A stretch of DNA of 64,000 nucleotides from an uncultured Nitrospiraceae bacterium (GCA_963727775.1 CAVSHB010000001.1:1376001-1440000), one strand, 5' to 3'; shown: positions 32,982-43,417, counted from the stretch's first letter. The notes: generated by a model not told the origin, from the letters alone. Numbers and translations are program-made.

Positions 32982-33476
32982 ATGAAAATAATAATTCAGG
33001 ACATACCCAAGGAAGGGCTTGATGTAACTGTAGAGGAAACGATAGAATACGATGCCGTGTCCTCTCCTGTTTCAGCCCGGCTGAAAATTGAGAAGCTCGG
33101 CGCCGAGATTGTAGTAAAAGGTGATCTGACGGTTGGAATAAAGCTTCAGTGCAGCAGATGCCTGAAAGACTTTTATAGAACGGTGTCTGTCCCTGTTGAC
33201 GCAGTGTACCTTTCAATTGAAGAGCTTAAGGACGAAAACGGACGTGAGGTCAAGAATGAAGAACTTGATCTGGATTTTTATTCCGGTGATGAACTGGATC
33301 TGACGGACTTATTGAAAGAACAGGTAGTTCTCAATACGCCGATGAAGCCGCTCTGTGATGAATTATGCAGAGGTATATGTCCCGGATGCGGTGTAGATCT
33401 TAACAGTGGAAATTGTGCGTGCAGCGTAAAAAATATTGATACGCGGTTTGAAGGACTGAAAAAATTATTACAATAA
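32982..33476 (+). CDS. yceD: DUF177/YceD family protein
   Basis: CSRCL and PMKPLCDELCRGICPGCG motifs; upstream of rpmF. Confidence 0.92.
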   Translation: MKIIIQDIPKEGLDVTVEETIEYDAVSSPVSARLKIEKLGAEIVVKGDLTVGIKLQCSRCLKDFYRTVSVPVDAVYLSIEELKDENGREVKNEELDLDFYSGDELDLTDLLKEQVVLNTPMKPLCDELCRGICPGCGVDLNSGNCACSVKNIDTRFEGLKKLLQ

Positions 33477-33491
33477 TGAAAGGAGTGAGAT

Positions 33492-33680
33492 TTGGCTAAC
33501 CCGACACATAGACATACAAGAACGAGGAGAGACAAGAGAAGGGCCAACTGGAAGGGACAGACTCCCAACCTGAGCCTGTGTCCTGATTGCAATGAAATAA
33601 AGCTTTCATTTAAGGTTTGTCCCAGTTGCGGTACATACAATGGCCGCAAGGTGCTCGATGTAGTTGAAAAAGAAGTATGA
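33492..33680 (+). CDS. rpmF: 50S ribosomal protein L32
   Basis: MANP...RRDKRRA, CPDC/CPSCGTY zinc ribbon; conserved synteny. Confidence 0.96.
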   Translation: MANPTHRHTRTRRDKRRANWKGQTPNLSLCPDCNEIKLSFKVCPSCGTYNGRKVLDVVEKEV

Positions 33681-34705
33681 AAATTGCCCTTGACGCTATG
33701 GGGGGTGATTACGCCCCCGCAGTGAATATCGAGGGCGCAATCGAGACTGTAAATGATTTTGATAATATAGATATTATCCTTGTCGGCGACGAGGGGAAAC
33801 TGTCAAGAGAACTTGACAATAAAAGGTTTCCTCCCAACCGTTTATCAATAAAACACACCTCACAGGTTGTCGGAATGGATGAATCTCCGACTGTTGCAGT
33901 AAGAAAGAAAAAGGATTCATCCATAAGAAAGGGCATTGATCTTGTAAAGACCGGAGAGGCAAACGCCTTCGTAAGCGCCGGCCACTCCGGCGTTGTGATG
34001 GCGACGGCGTTATTGGTGCTCGGCACTTCAGATGTCGTTGACAGGCCGGCGATAGCGACCATTATGCCTACTTTGAGGTCTCCTTTGGTACTCATCGACG
34101 CAGGCGCTAACCTTCACTGCAAGCCGCAGAATCTGCTCCAGTTCGCTCTTATGGGGAACACCTATTGCAGGATGATACTCGGAAGACAGGACCCCAGGGT
34201 GGCGCTCATAAGTACCGGCGAAGAGGACACAAAAGGGAATGAACTTACAAAAGAGACATTTAAACTCCTTAAGGAAGCGGATATCAATTTCATAGGCAAT
34301 GTTGACGGCAAGGACATATTTACAGGCGATATAGACGTTATCGTCTGCGACGGATTTACCGGCAACGTTATCCTTAAGACCAGCGAAGGTCTTGCAGACG
34401 CTCTGATGAAGATGTTGAAGAGGGAGATCGCAAATTTGACGGCCGGAAGGATCGGATACCTTTTAATGAAGCCGGCATTAAGGAATTTCAAGAAGAAGAC
34501 GGACTACGACGAGTATGGCGGAGCGCCTCTCCTTGGTATAAGCGGCACCTGTATTATAAGCCACGGCCGATCAACCGCAAAGGCAATACGTAACGCCATA
34601 AAAGTCGCATCGGATTTTGCCGAAAAAAAAGTATATGAGATAATATCGTCCGCTATAGAAAAGGATTTGTCGCACCACGAAAGGATGAAAATTGCTGAGA
34701 AGTAG
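33677..34705 (+). CDS. plsX: Phosphate acyltransferase PlsX
   Basis: IALDAMGGD, DAGAN, VCDGFTGNVILK, GGAPLLG, SHGRS. Confidence 0.97.
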   Translation: MKIALDAMGGDYAPAVNIEGAIETVNDFDNIDIILVGDEGKLSRELDNKRFPPNRLSIKHTSQVVGMDESPTVAVRKKKDSSIRKGIDLVKTGEANAFVSAGHSGVVMATALLVLGTSDVVDRPAIATIMPTLRSPLVLIDAGANLHCKPQNLLQFALMGNTYCRMILGRQDPRVALISTGEEDTKGNELTKETFKLLKEADINFIGNVDGKDIFTGDIDVIVCDGFTGNVILKTSEGLADALMKMLKREIANLTAGRIGYLLMKPALRNFKKKTDYDEYGGAPLLGISGTCIISHGRSTAKAIRNAIKVASDFAEKKVYEIISSAIEKDLSHHERMKIAEK

Positions 34706-35672
34706 AATCATATCGACAGGCTCCTACCTTCCGGAAAAAATCCTTACAAATTATGATCTGGAAAAGATGGTTGACACCTCTGATGAATGGATAATAGAGA
34801 GGACAGGAATAAAAGAGAGAAGAATAGCCGATGAAGGTCAGACTGCGTCTGATCTTGCCTATGACGCTTCAAAGACTGCGCTGAAAAAAGCTGGTCTGAA
34901 AGCCGAAGACATCGACCTTATCATTGTCGCAACAGTTACGGGAGATATGCCTTTTCCTTCAACTGCATGTTTTCTGCAGGGGAAACTCGGTGCGGTAAAT
35001 GCAGCCGGTTTCGACGTAAATGCGGCCTGTTCTGGATTCCTTTATGGTCTTTATATCGCGGATGGGTTTATAAAATCCGGCATGCATAAAAAAATCCTTG
35101 TAGTTGGAACAGAGGTGTTGTCAAAGATCACGGATTGGGATGACAGGGCTACGTGTGTAATTTTCGGCGATGGGGCGGGCGCGGTTATTGTCGGACCTAC
35201 AGATGAAGACCGGGGGATACTTTCAGCGCATATAAACTGCGACGGAAGGATGTGGGATTTTATCCATATACCGGGAGGGGGATCGAAAAACCCGGCTTCT
35301 GTTGAATCCTTGGAACAAAGACTTCACTATATAAAGATGAAGGGAAATGAAACTTTCAAGGTCGCGGTAAGGACACTGGAAGAACTGGGCGTTAAAACCC
35401 TTGAAGAGAACAATTTGGATTCGACGAAGCTTTCACTCTTGGTACCGCATCAGGCGAACCTCAGGATAATACAGGCGACTGCCGACAGACTCAAACTGCC
35501 GATAGACAAAGTCTTCATAAATCTCGACAAATACGGAAATACATCCGCTGCATCCATACCGATAGCCCTCGATGAGGCCGTCACGTCCGGTAGGATCAAC
35601 GCAGGGGATTATGTACTCCTTGAAGCCTTCGGGGGTGGGCTTACGTGGGCATCTGCGCTAATAAAGTGGTAA
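34692..35672 (+). CDS. fabH: 3-oxoacyl-ACP synthase III
   Basis: AACSGF, PHQAN, GNTSAAS catalytic triad; GGGLTW. Confidence 0.97.
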   Translation: MLRSRIISTGSYLPEKILTNYDLEKMVDTSDEWIIERTGIKERRIADEGQTASDLAYDASKTALKKAGLKAEDIDLIIVATVTGDMPFPSTACFLQGKLGAVNAAGFDVNAACSGFLYGLYIADGFIKSGMHKKILVVGTEVLSKITDWDDRATCVIFGDGAGAVIVGPTDEDRGILSAHINCDGRMWDFIHIPGGGSKNPASVESLEQRLHYIKMKGNETFKVAVRTLEELGVKTLEENNLDSTKLSLLVPHQANLRIIQATADRLKLPIDKVFINLDKYGNTSAASIPIALDEAVTSGRINAGDYVLLEAFGGGLTWASALIKW

Positions 35673-37808
35673 ACTCCTGACCTCCGTATCAATGAGTTGT
35701 CTGACGACTGAGAGGAGCTCAAGCCTTTCAAACGGCTTTTTAACAACGGCATCTATCATTTTTCTTATGGTTATTCTTTCATTGCCGTAACCGGAAACTA
35801 CGATTATCTTAATATCCGGTTTTATTTCTTTCAGACGTCTTATCAGCTCGTCCCCTTCCATAAGCGGCATCATAATATCCGTTATCACAAGCTGGATCTT
35901 CGCGGAGAAATTGTTGAACATGTCTATTGCGGTCAGAGGATTATCAAAGGGCATAACATCATATCTACTGGTTTCAAGGATATCTTTAATGAGTTTGAGA
36001 ACATCTTTATCGTCGTCAATAACGAGAATGTTTTCATGTCCTTCCAGGGAAACGGGTTGAGACTTCGATAACTTATGGACGATTTTTTCGGAAGATGGTA
36101 TAAAAATATCAAAAGTTGTGCCTTTCCCGACTTCACTCCGGACAGAGATATACCCGTTATGGTCCTTAATGATGCCATAGACAGAAGCAAGTCCCAATCC
36201 CGTGCCTTTACCTTTTTCTTTCGTAGTGAAAAAAGGGTCGAATATCTTGTTCATTATATCCTTGTTTATGCCGCATCCCGTGTCTGATACCGTCAGAACA
36301 ACATATTTACCGGGTGCGACGCTGCCTGATATGTCGGGGTTTTCTTTTCCGATCTCGACGAGATTGGTCCGGACTGACAGGAGACCTCCATCGGGCATCG
36401 CATCTCTCGCATTTACCATGAGATTCATAATGACCCGTTCGAGCTGGTTAGGGTCGCCCTGGAGAGAAGGGAGATTGTTATATAAATCTATCTTCAGCCC
36501 TATCCTTTTATTGAGAACTCCCTCAAAAAGCTTGACGGAATCACTAACAATATCATTCAGATTCAGCGGCAGGACTTCATGCACCTCTCTCCTTGCGAAG
36601 CTCAGAAGTTTTGAGACCATGACACCGGCTTTACGGGAAGAGCTTTCAATATTTTTGACTCTTTGCCGTGAAGTTTCGTCTATGTTACTGTACTCAAGCA
36701 GCAGTTCCGAATAGCCTAAAATGGACGTCAATATATTATTGAAGTTATGCGCAATCCCACCCGCAAGCGCCCCTATGGAATCCATTTTCTGGGAATGCAT
36801 GAGTTGTTCCTGTATTTTTTTCTTTTCAGTAATATCCCTGTAGAATGACTGGATATACGTTTCACCTCCTATATCGATAGACTTTGCGCTTATCTCCAGG
36901 AGGGTTTTGCTGCCATCTTTTTTATAATGCTCCGTCTCAAAGATGAGTGTTTCGCCGTTAAGAATCCTTGACATCCTCTCGTCATGTTTTTCTTTATTAT
37001 TTCCTGCCTCAAGAAGGCCGGTATTGATTCCGATTAATGCATCGCAGTCAAAACCATGAATTTCGCACGCCTTTTGATTGACATTCATGATTACTCCGTT
37101 CTTGTCCAGTACCATGATGCCGTCCGTCGCATTATCAAAAATAGACCTGTGCCATTTTTCCGATATTGCAAGCTCTTTTGTCCTCTCCTGTACCAGTTCT
37201 TCAAGCTGGGTAGAATATGTCTCGAGTTCGCGTTTGTCTTTATCGAGCTCATACTGAAGACTTAACTCATTAGTCAGACTCCGCTGGCTTAGAAATCTCC
37301 AGATTAAGGCGATATTGACAATACTTATCAAAAACGCATTATTGCTTACAAACAATTGCATATTTGTAATACTATCAAAGATCAAAATCGGGAAAAGATA
37401 AATGGAATAAGTAATTGCTACAAGTGTGAGCGACATTTTGAAAGGAAGGGGAAGGACACCCAACAAAAATACAACGGTGATTATCATTCCTGCATAGTAA
37501 GTTGATTGGTGGCCTCCATATGAGAGTATCATAAGCTCAACAGTTGAAGATGTAATGATGACAGTTAATATCAATAAGATATTCTGAGAAAGCTTGCGTT
37601 TACTTTTGCGGTTGAACAAAAACATAATAATCATCATAGTCGTACAAATTGATCGGTAGGTAAAAAATCTGACAAAATTATGCGGGGTTACAAAATAGTC
37701 TAAAGCACTTAATGCAAGAAAAATAAAAGAGGCCGTTACCAAACCGAAAGACAACCAATATTTGGTCAACTTAAAAAGCTCTTGTTCTAAATACTGATTT
37801 TTGTCCAT
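35658..37808 (-). CDS. Membrane-bound PAS hybrid sensor histidine kinase/receiver
   Basis: 5-6 N-terminal TM helices, PAS, AGGIAHNFNN H-box, NARDAM, DTGCG, GTGLGL, C-terminal REC (TDIMMP). Confidence 0.93.
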   Translation of the reverse strand: MDKNQYLEQELFKLTKYWLSFGLVTASFIFLALSALDYFVTPHNFVRFFTYRSICTTMMIIMFLFNRKSKRKLSQNILLILTVIITSSTVELMILSYGGHQSTYYAGMIITVVFLLGVLPLPFKMSLTLVAITYSIYLFPILIFDSITNMQLFVSNNAFLISIVNIALIWRFLSQRSLTNELSLQYELDKDKRELETYSTQLEELVQERTKELAISEKWHRSIFDNATDGIMVLDKNGVIMNVNQKACEIHGFDCDALIGINTGLLEAGNNKEKHDERMSRILNGETLIFETEHYKKDGSKTLLEISAKSIDIGGETYIQSFYRDITEKKKIQEQLMHSQKMDSIGALAGGIAHNFNNILTSILGYSELLLEYSNIDETSRQRVKNIESSSRKAGVMVSKLLSFARREVHEVLPLNLNDIVSDSVKLFEGVLNKRIGLKIDLYNNLPSLQGDPNQLERVIMNLMVNARDAMPDGGLLSVRTNLVEIGKENPDISGSVAPGKYVVLTVSDTGCGINKDIMNKIFDPFFTTKEKGKGTGLGLASVYGIIKDHNGYISVRSEVGKGTTFDIFIPSSEKIVHKLSKSQPVSLEGHENILVIDDDKDVLKLIKDILETSRYDVMPFDNPLTAIDMFNNFSAKIQLVITDIMMPLMEGDELIRRLKEIKPDIKIIVVSGYGNERITIRKMIDAVVKKPFERLELLSVVRQLIDTEVRSLPLY

Positions 37809-37899
37809 TGCCCGCCTTATTGATCGACGTTAGAATATCATTATTTTACCAAATAACTTTTTAAAATATAGAAACATAATTTCGTATCAATAATATGCT

Positions 37900-38160
37900 C
37901 TAAAGTAAAGCCTTGTTTTTTTGTTCAATCAGTTCTTTGGTCAGATCGATTACCTGTTTCACCGTAGTAATCCCGGGTATATCCTCATCTCGTATGGATA
38001 TTTTATATTTCTTTTCAATTGCCACTACTATCTCAATGGACTTGATTGAGTCAATATCTAAATCGTCGGCTAATTTTGTGTCCGATGACATTTCATCTTC
38101 ATCTGTCCCTGAAATCTCTGAGATTATTGCCGTAATTTCTTTTCCTATGTTGTCAGACAT
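37900..38160 (-). CDS. Acyl carrier protein (cluster-specific)
   Basis: Acidic 86 aa; DLDIDSIKSIE phosphopantetheine Ser motif. Confidence 0.93.
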   Translation of the reverse strand: MSDNIGKEITAIISEISGTDEDEMSSDTKLADDLDIDSIKSIEIVVAIEKKYKISIRDEDIPGITTVKQVIDLTKELIEQKNKALL

Positions 38161-38162
38161 GT

Positions 38163-39404
38163 CTAATTTTCCTCCCTATCATATATTTTTTTTAAAACCA
38201 TTGAAGCATTATTACCTCCAAAAGCATATGAATTATTCAAAGCAATATGAACGGCGCTTTTTCTGGCCTCATTCGGAACGCAGTCGATGTCACATTCGGG
38301 ATCAAGAGTCTCAAAATTGATTGTGGGCGGGATCACGTTGTTCTTTACAACCAAAGCGCAGGCTATTGCCTCGAGCGCAGAGGCTGCGCCCATTGCATGA
38401 CCTATCATGGATTTGATGGAGCTTACCGGTACTTTCCTGTAAAGCGTACCAAATACCTCTTTAATTGCCGCGCATTCCGCCCTGTCATTTGCCGGAGTTC
38501 CCGTTCCGTGTGCGCTGATATAGCCGATATCCTTTATTTGGATATCCGAATATCTAATCGCTTTCCTCATACATTCTGAAATGCCTTCAACAGAAGGATG
38601 GGTCATATGACTTGCATCGCAGCTGAGCCCGTAGCCGAGTATCTCGGCATAGATTTGGGCCTTCCTTTCTAAAGCGTGGTTTAAAGATTCCAAGACCAGG
38701 ACGCCTGAGCCTTCTGCCGGCATCATCCCTTTCCTGTTTTTATCGAAGGGCTGACACTTTTCCGGTGCCACCGCTCCAAGTTGATTGAAGCCGGTAAATT
38801 CAATCCGGGACAAAGCATCTGAGGCGCCTGCCAGTACAATATCCGCTCTGTTCAATTTGATCATGTCATAGCCGTAACATATAGCATAATTACCCGCTGC
38901 GCAGGCTGTGGAAAACATAATATTCGGACCGTGTAATTGAAATTCCGAGGCTATGCGTGAAGGAGTTTCATGCGCCGGAAGCTGAGATACCAGTCCTTTA
39001 CCGATATTGCCATATTCTTTATTTACTAATAAGTCATCAATTGCTTCAATAGTCTGGACCGCGCCGAGCGTAGTGCCGAAAGAAACACCTACCTCGCTTT
39101 CGGCTAACTCTTGTTCTGTCAAAGCAGCGTCTTCAATCGCGAGTTTTGCTGACGCTATTGCCATTTGCGTTGAACGGCCCATGAACGGTATACGTTCAAA
39201 CGGAATAAAATCCTCGGGGTGAAATATCTTTACTTCACCGCCATAATGAGTGAAATGCGCTGATGTGTCAAAAGATGAAATCTTGCTTATGCCTGATTTC
39301 CCGTTCAAGAGATTATTCCAGAAATCTTTTTTACCGATGCCTATTGAAGATACAACGCCAATCCCTGTTATAACGGTCCTATGATTGTATGACGTTACTT
39401 TCAT
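38163..39404 (-). CDS. Beta-ketoacyl-ACP synthase II-like (active KS)
   Basis: STACAAG (Cys), SAHGTGT (His), KSMIGH (His), SYAFGGNN. Confidence 0.93.
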   Translation of the reverse strand: MKVTSYNHRTVITGIGVVSSIGIGKKDFWNNLLNGKSGISKISSFDTSAHFTHYGGEVKIFHPEDFIPFERIPFMGRSTQMAIASAKLAIEDAALTEQELAESEVGVSFGTTLGAVQTIEAIDDLLVNKEYGNIGKGLVSQLPAHETPSRIASEFQLHGPNIMFSTACAAGNYAICYGYDMIKLNRADIVLAGASDALSRIEFTGFNQLGAVAPEKCQPFDKNRKGMMPAEGSGVLVLESLNHALERKAQIYAEILGYGLSCDASHMTHPSVEGISECMRKAIRYSDIQIKDIGYISAHGTGTPANDRAECAAIKEVFGTLYRKVPVSSIKSMIGHAMGAASALEAIACALVVKNNVIPPTINFETLDPECDIDCVPNEARKSAVHIALNNSYAFGGNNASMVLKKIYDREEN

Positions 39405-39414
39405 GATAAATATG

Positions 39415-40275
39415 CTAATTCTTGGTACACAGGAATCTCCCGTATTTTAAATAGTCATAGTGGGTCTTAATCATGGCCTTTAAATAATGATGGGCCTTAG
39501 CAAAGTATTCTTCATAACCGATCTTTATATAATAAGACTGCGCCATCTCCAGTTCCCTTAAACGGGCGCGCAATCCACGATCGACGATATCAGTCGTATC
39601 TTCTGCATGAAGAACAACAAACCCGGCTTTTTCCAATATTTTTTGTGTTTCTTCAATGCTATTCTGGAACCAGACGCCTTCTGCGTAAATCCCAGGAAAA
39701 TCGCCGCCGGCATCGTTAAGATCACTTTTTTCACCTTTGAGCCATTCATGGAACCCCATAAGACCGCCTTTTTTCAAAGCTTTGAATAGTCCGGCCAATG
39801 CAGTTTTCTGGTCTCTCCAGTGACACATCGTTTCATTATGAAAAATTTTATCAAACATGTCTTCTGCAAAATCCAATTTATGGACGTCTCTGACTTTTCT
39901 CTCGATTAAATGGTCCACTCCTTCAAGGCGATCACAATCAACCGCTTTATTGATCTGGTCCGGATTAATGTCAAAAGCGATGATTCTGCAACCGCGTGTC
40001 TTGGCGATAAGCCTTGTAGGCGCCCCATTGCCGCAGCCGGCGTCTAATAATAAATCATCTTTGTTAATGTTCATCATATTGATCAATTTGAGGACCTCGG
40101 ATTGCAGATGATGCGATAAGCTCTCTATGTCGAGGATGTTTCTGTTTGTGCTTTTGGGGTCGATTCCAAGGACATGGTATAACTTTTGAAGTTCTTCCGC
40201 CGTATAGACCATAAAACCGGTATTGTACGAGTAGCTTTTAAATAGATTCTTTGTGACATTCTCTTCATATGACAT
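39415..40275 (-). CDS. Class I SAM-dependent methyltransferase
   Basis: LLDAGCGNG motif I, FDKIF, LKKGG. Confidence 0.88.
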   Translation of the reverse strand: MSYEENVTKNLFKSYSYNTGFMVYTAEELQKLYHVLGIDPKSTNRNILDIESLSHHLQSEVLKLINMMNINKDDLLLDAGCGNGAPTRLIAKTRGCRIIAFDINPDQINKAVDCDRLEGVDHLIERKVRDVHKLDFAEDMFDKIFHNETMCHWRDQKTALAGLFKALKKGGLMGFHEWLKGEKSDLNDAGGDFPGIYAEGVWFQNSIEETQKILEKAGFVVLHAEDTTDIVDRGLRARLRELEMAQSYYIKIGYEEYFAKAHHYLKAMIKTHYDYLKYGRFLCTKN

Positions 40276-40295
40276 TTTTGCCTCCGTGATATGGA

Positions 40296-40730
40296 TTAAT
40301 CTTTTACACTAAAAACGAGCTCTGCCTCTGAAACCTTTTTTTCATCAACGAATGCCTCCGCAGATATATAAGCGCCGTTGGGCAGAGATTTAATGTTCAC
40401 AACCTTTATCCTTAACTGGTCTCCCGGCACGACGGGATGGAGAAACCTGGCCTTAACAGATCCGAAATAATAAAGAGGATTTTCAGCGCCTTTTCCTTTC
40501 TTCTCAGTGGCGAAAAGAACGATGGAGGTCTGGGCCATTGCCTCTATTATTGCGGCCCCCGGAAAAACGGCTTTTTCAGGGAAATGCCCGAGAAAGAAAA
40601 TATCGTTGCCGGAAATATTTTTTACAGCCGATGCTTCTTTCCCAGGCTCTAAATTCAGGACTTTGTCTATCATAATAAACGGGAAGCGCTGGGGTATCAG
40701 CTTCTTTATCTCTTCAAAATCAAGTTGCAT
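40296..40730 (-). CDS. 3-hydroxyacyl-ACP dehydratase, FabZ family
   Basis: PQRFPFIMID, GHFP, PGAAIIEAMAQ, VVPGD; GGAGG RBS before ATG 40730. Confidence 0.92.
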   Translation of the reverse strand: MQLDFEEIKKLIPQRFPFIMIDKVLNLEPGKEASAVKNISGNDIFFLGHFPEKAVFPGAAIIEAMAQTSIVLFATEKKGKGAENPLYYFGSVKARFLHPVVPGDQLRIKVVNIKSLPNGAYISAEAFVDEKKVSEAELVFSVKD

Positions 40731-40797
40731 AATTTGCCCTCCAAAAAACCTGACGCAAGACGCAGGATGCACGTGCAATCATGATGCATTATGGTAT

Positions 40798-42045
40798 TTA
40801 TTGTCTTGTATTCTGTTCATACTTTCGGATTATAACAGCAGAGTTGTTTCCGTATGGATCGGATGATATAACCAGTGCATTCTTGATATCTTTCCGTCTC
40901 GGTTGATTCGGAACGTAATCGAGATCGCAATTAAGGTCTTTTTCCTTATAGTTCACTGTTGGCGGAATATATCCCTCTGTTATGGCGCGTAGGGCGGCTG
41001 CAACTGATAAAGCCCCGGAAGCAGAGAAAGATTCACCCACCATAGATTTTATTGAACTTACCGGTATATCACGAGAATGTTCCCCGAAGACATCCTTTAT
41101 GACCTTCGTTTCCATCATGTCCAATCCTTTAGTTGAGTTTGCGGTGGAAGATATATATTCCACTGCTTCGGGAGGCAGAGAGGCATCCTTTAAGGCAAGA
41201 GTTATGGCTTTTTTCAGGCCATTCCCTGTGTAATTAAAATAGCAGTCTGTTCCCGGATCAAAGGAATTACCATGCCCGGCGATTTTGGCCAGGATGTTTG
41301 CTCCCCGAATCAAGGCATGTCCCTCTTCTTCGAGAACAATAATTGCTGCGCCTTCGGAAAAGATGGCACCATTCCTACGTGCATCAAAGGGGCAGCACAC
41401 AGGTTCGGAGCCATCGGACCCTGAAAGATACCCAAGTTTATGTAAAAATAGGAAAGTTTCCTCACATAATTCTTCAACCCCGCCGGCAAGAACTGCGCTG
41501 ACCCTATTGAGTCGAATGAAGTCTGCGGCGTATGAGAGGGCATCAAGGCTTGCGCAGAAACCGGTTGATACGGTTGTGTTGAACCCCTTTATTTTGAAAC
41601 GGATAGAGACCTGGCTTGCCGGAGAATTAAGCACTGTATTGGGAAAATGTGATGGATTGACATACTTAGGTCCTTCAATAAGACCTTCACGGTCAAACTG
41701 AGAAATACTATGAAGACTTCCGAATGTTGAGCCGACAGAGACACCTATGGAACCCGCATTCTCTTCAGTGATCTGGAGCCCGGCGTCATCAATAGCAAGC
41801 TTTGCGGCTGAACAGATCAATTTCGTGCTTCTGTCAAGCGTGCGAAGTCCTTTTTTGCCAAGAAATGCCGCCGGGTCAAAACGAGTTATCTCCCCCGCGA
41901 TATGGACATTAAAATCTGCTGTATCAAAGAGATTTATTGTTCCGAATCCTGTCTCTCCTCTGAATAAGCCTCCACAGTATTCTTCTTTGCCTATGCCTAC
42001 AGGTGAAAGGACACCTATGCCTGTCACAACAACATTTTTCTTCAT
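40798..42045 (-). CDS. Ketosynthase-like chain-length factor (catalytically degenerate KS)
   Basis: KS fold but STGFCAS, ISSTANST and KSMVGE replace STAC, AHGTGT and KSxxGH. Confidence 0.85.
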   Translation of the reverse strand: MKKNVVVTGIGVLSPVGIGKEEYCGGLFRGETGFGTINLFDTADFNVHIAGEITRFDPAAFLGKKGLRTLDRSTKLICSAAKLAIDDAGLQITEENAGSIGVSVGSTFGSLHSISQFDREGLIEGPKYVNPSHFPNTVLNSPASQVSIRFKIKGFNTTVSTGFCASLDALSYAADFIRLNRVSAVLAGGVEELCEETFLFLHKLGYLSGSDGSEPVCCPFDARRNGAIFSEGAAIIVLEEEGHALIRGANILAKIAGHGNSFDPGTDCYFNYTGNGLKKAITLALKDASLPPEAVEYISSTANSTKGLDMMETKVIKDVFGEHSRDIPVSSIKSMVGESFSASGALSVAAALRAITEGYIPPTVNYKEKDLNCDLDYVPNQPRRKDIKNALVISSDPYGNNSAVIIRKYEQNTRQ

Positions 42046-42047
42046 TC

Positions 42048-43322
42048 CTATTTATTGACCAGATAGAAAACTATTATGCCGGATTCGTCACGAATCTCGG
42101 ATATTGAAGAGTAAGGAATTTGAGATTCATGGAAAATATCCATGAAATCTTCTTCAGTTCGCTGTAGGAACCCGTCCCAGTCAACGATCCAGCGGTATTG
42201 CTGAGAGCTATATCGTGCAGCATCTTTAAAGGATGTGATAAGCAAACCTCCCGGATTTAGAAGATTGTATAATGCATTAAACAAATTTGATAGAAAATCA
42301 GATTGCAGGTAGTCAAAAAAACCTACGCTGTAAATGATATCCTGTTTGCCGAACTCGCTCATATTTAACTCATGATCGAACATCCTGACAGCGTTATATT
42401 TACGGACATTAACCAGATTTGATATGGTCGGTGAGATGTTCGTATAGGACAGGCGATTTGCGGCAAAAGCAAGGGCATCGTTATCTAAATCAATACAGGT
42501 AAATTTTGCTCCGGAATTTTCTATTTCAGGAGCCAATTCAAAGACCTCACGGCATGAGCCGCAGGCTATATTCAAGACGGACGGTTTTTGTCTCTTAAGC
42601 AGCTCGCCTTTTAATATTTCTTTAAGTTTTTTTATTCTATTCCTTACCCCTAAAGCCAGTTGGGCATTTAAACCATATAAATCCAGATAATACCCTATCC
42701 CATCCGACAACGGAGTATTTCTGTACATATTTTCAAGCATTTTATAGTCACCCTGATATCCCTGCGGCCATGTTCGCGCCCGGTTCATAAAGTAGCTTTT
42801 CGATAAGATAGCATTGGTTTTTTCACGGAACCTGGTCTGCGCATCTCGCACGATATCTTTGTCCTTCACCTCTGTCTCAAAAACCTTGCATGCTTCACAT
42901 ACATCATCAACAGCGGTTCTTGTTATCTCAAATATTTCTTCAGAGACTTCCGTTGCACCGTAACATTTTTTTTCTATTTCTTCAAGCTGTTTATTAAATA
43001 TCTCTGTTGCTTCGTCGAGCGCCTTTATATGTTTTCCGTCAAGCTCGATACCTGCCTTATAAGTATCGTCAAGCTTTGTGCACCATCTCACAAAACCTGC
43101 CTTTTCTTCTATCCCGCCATCGAACCACAACATATTGCCTGTCTCCAAAGGGTAGTCTGTCTGGATACAAATTCCTGCTTCACTGATATTGACAGCCTTA
43201 CCTTTCAGCTGCAACCATTTGTGTTCCTTTGATCCGGAAACGCTCAATGAATAGTCAATGGTCTGTGAATAAGGTTTCCTTTCGTATCTTCTTGCGTTAA
43301 GCATAGTTGATGCGTTCTGCAT
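42048..43322 (-). CDS. PilZ-fused SAM methyltransferase with PhcB-like motifs
   Basis: N-terminal RRYER/NISEAG PilZ; PQGYQGDY, GVRNR, VLNIACGSCRE, DIIYSVGFFDYL, LLNPGG. Confidence 0.8.
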   Translation of the reverse strand: MQNASTMLNARRYERKPYSQTIDYSLSVSGSKEHKWLQLKGKAVNISEAGICIQTDYPLETGNMLWFDGGIEEKAGFVRWCTKLDDTYKAGIELDGKHIKALDEATEIFNKQLEEIEKKCYGATEVSEEIFEITRTAVDDVCEACKVFETEVKDKDIVRDAQTRFREKTNAILSKSYFMNRARTWPQGYQGDYKMLENMYRNTPLSDGIGYYLDLYGLNAQLALGVRNRIKKLKEILKGELLKRQKPSVLNIACGSCREVFELAPEIENSGAKFTCIDLDNDALAFAANRLSYTNISPTISNLVNVRKYNAVRMFDHELNMSEFGKQDIIYSVGFFDYLQSDFLSNLFNALYNLLNPGGLLITSFKDAARYSSQQYRWIVDWDGFLQRTEEDFMDIFHESQIPYSSISEIRDESGIIVFYLVNK

Positions 43323-43417
43323 AACTTTCCTCCCTTTTTTAATTGTTGTGATAATTGACTTTTACAGTCGCTTTCCCACTTTTTTTTTAATTTTAAATCT
43401 ATATTTCTCCAAATGTC

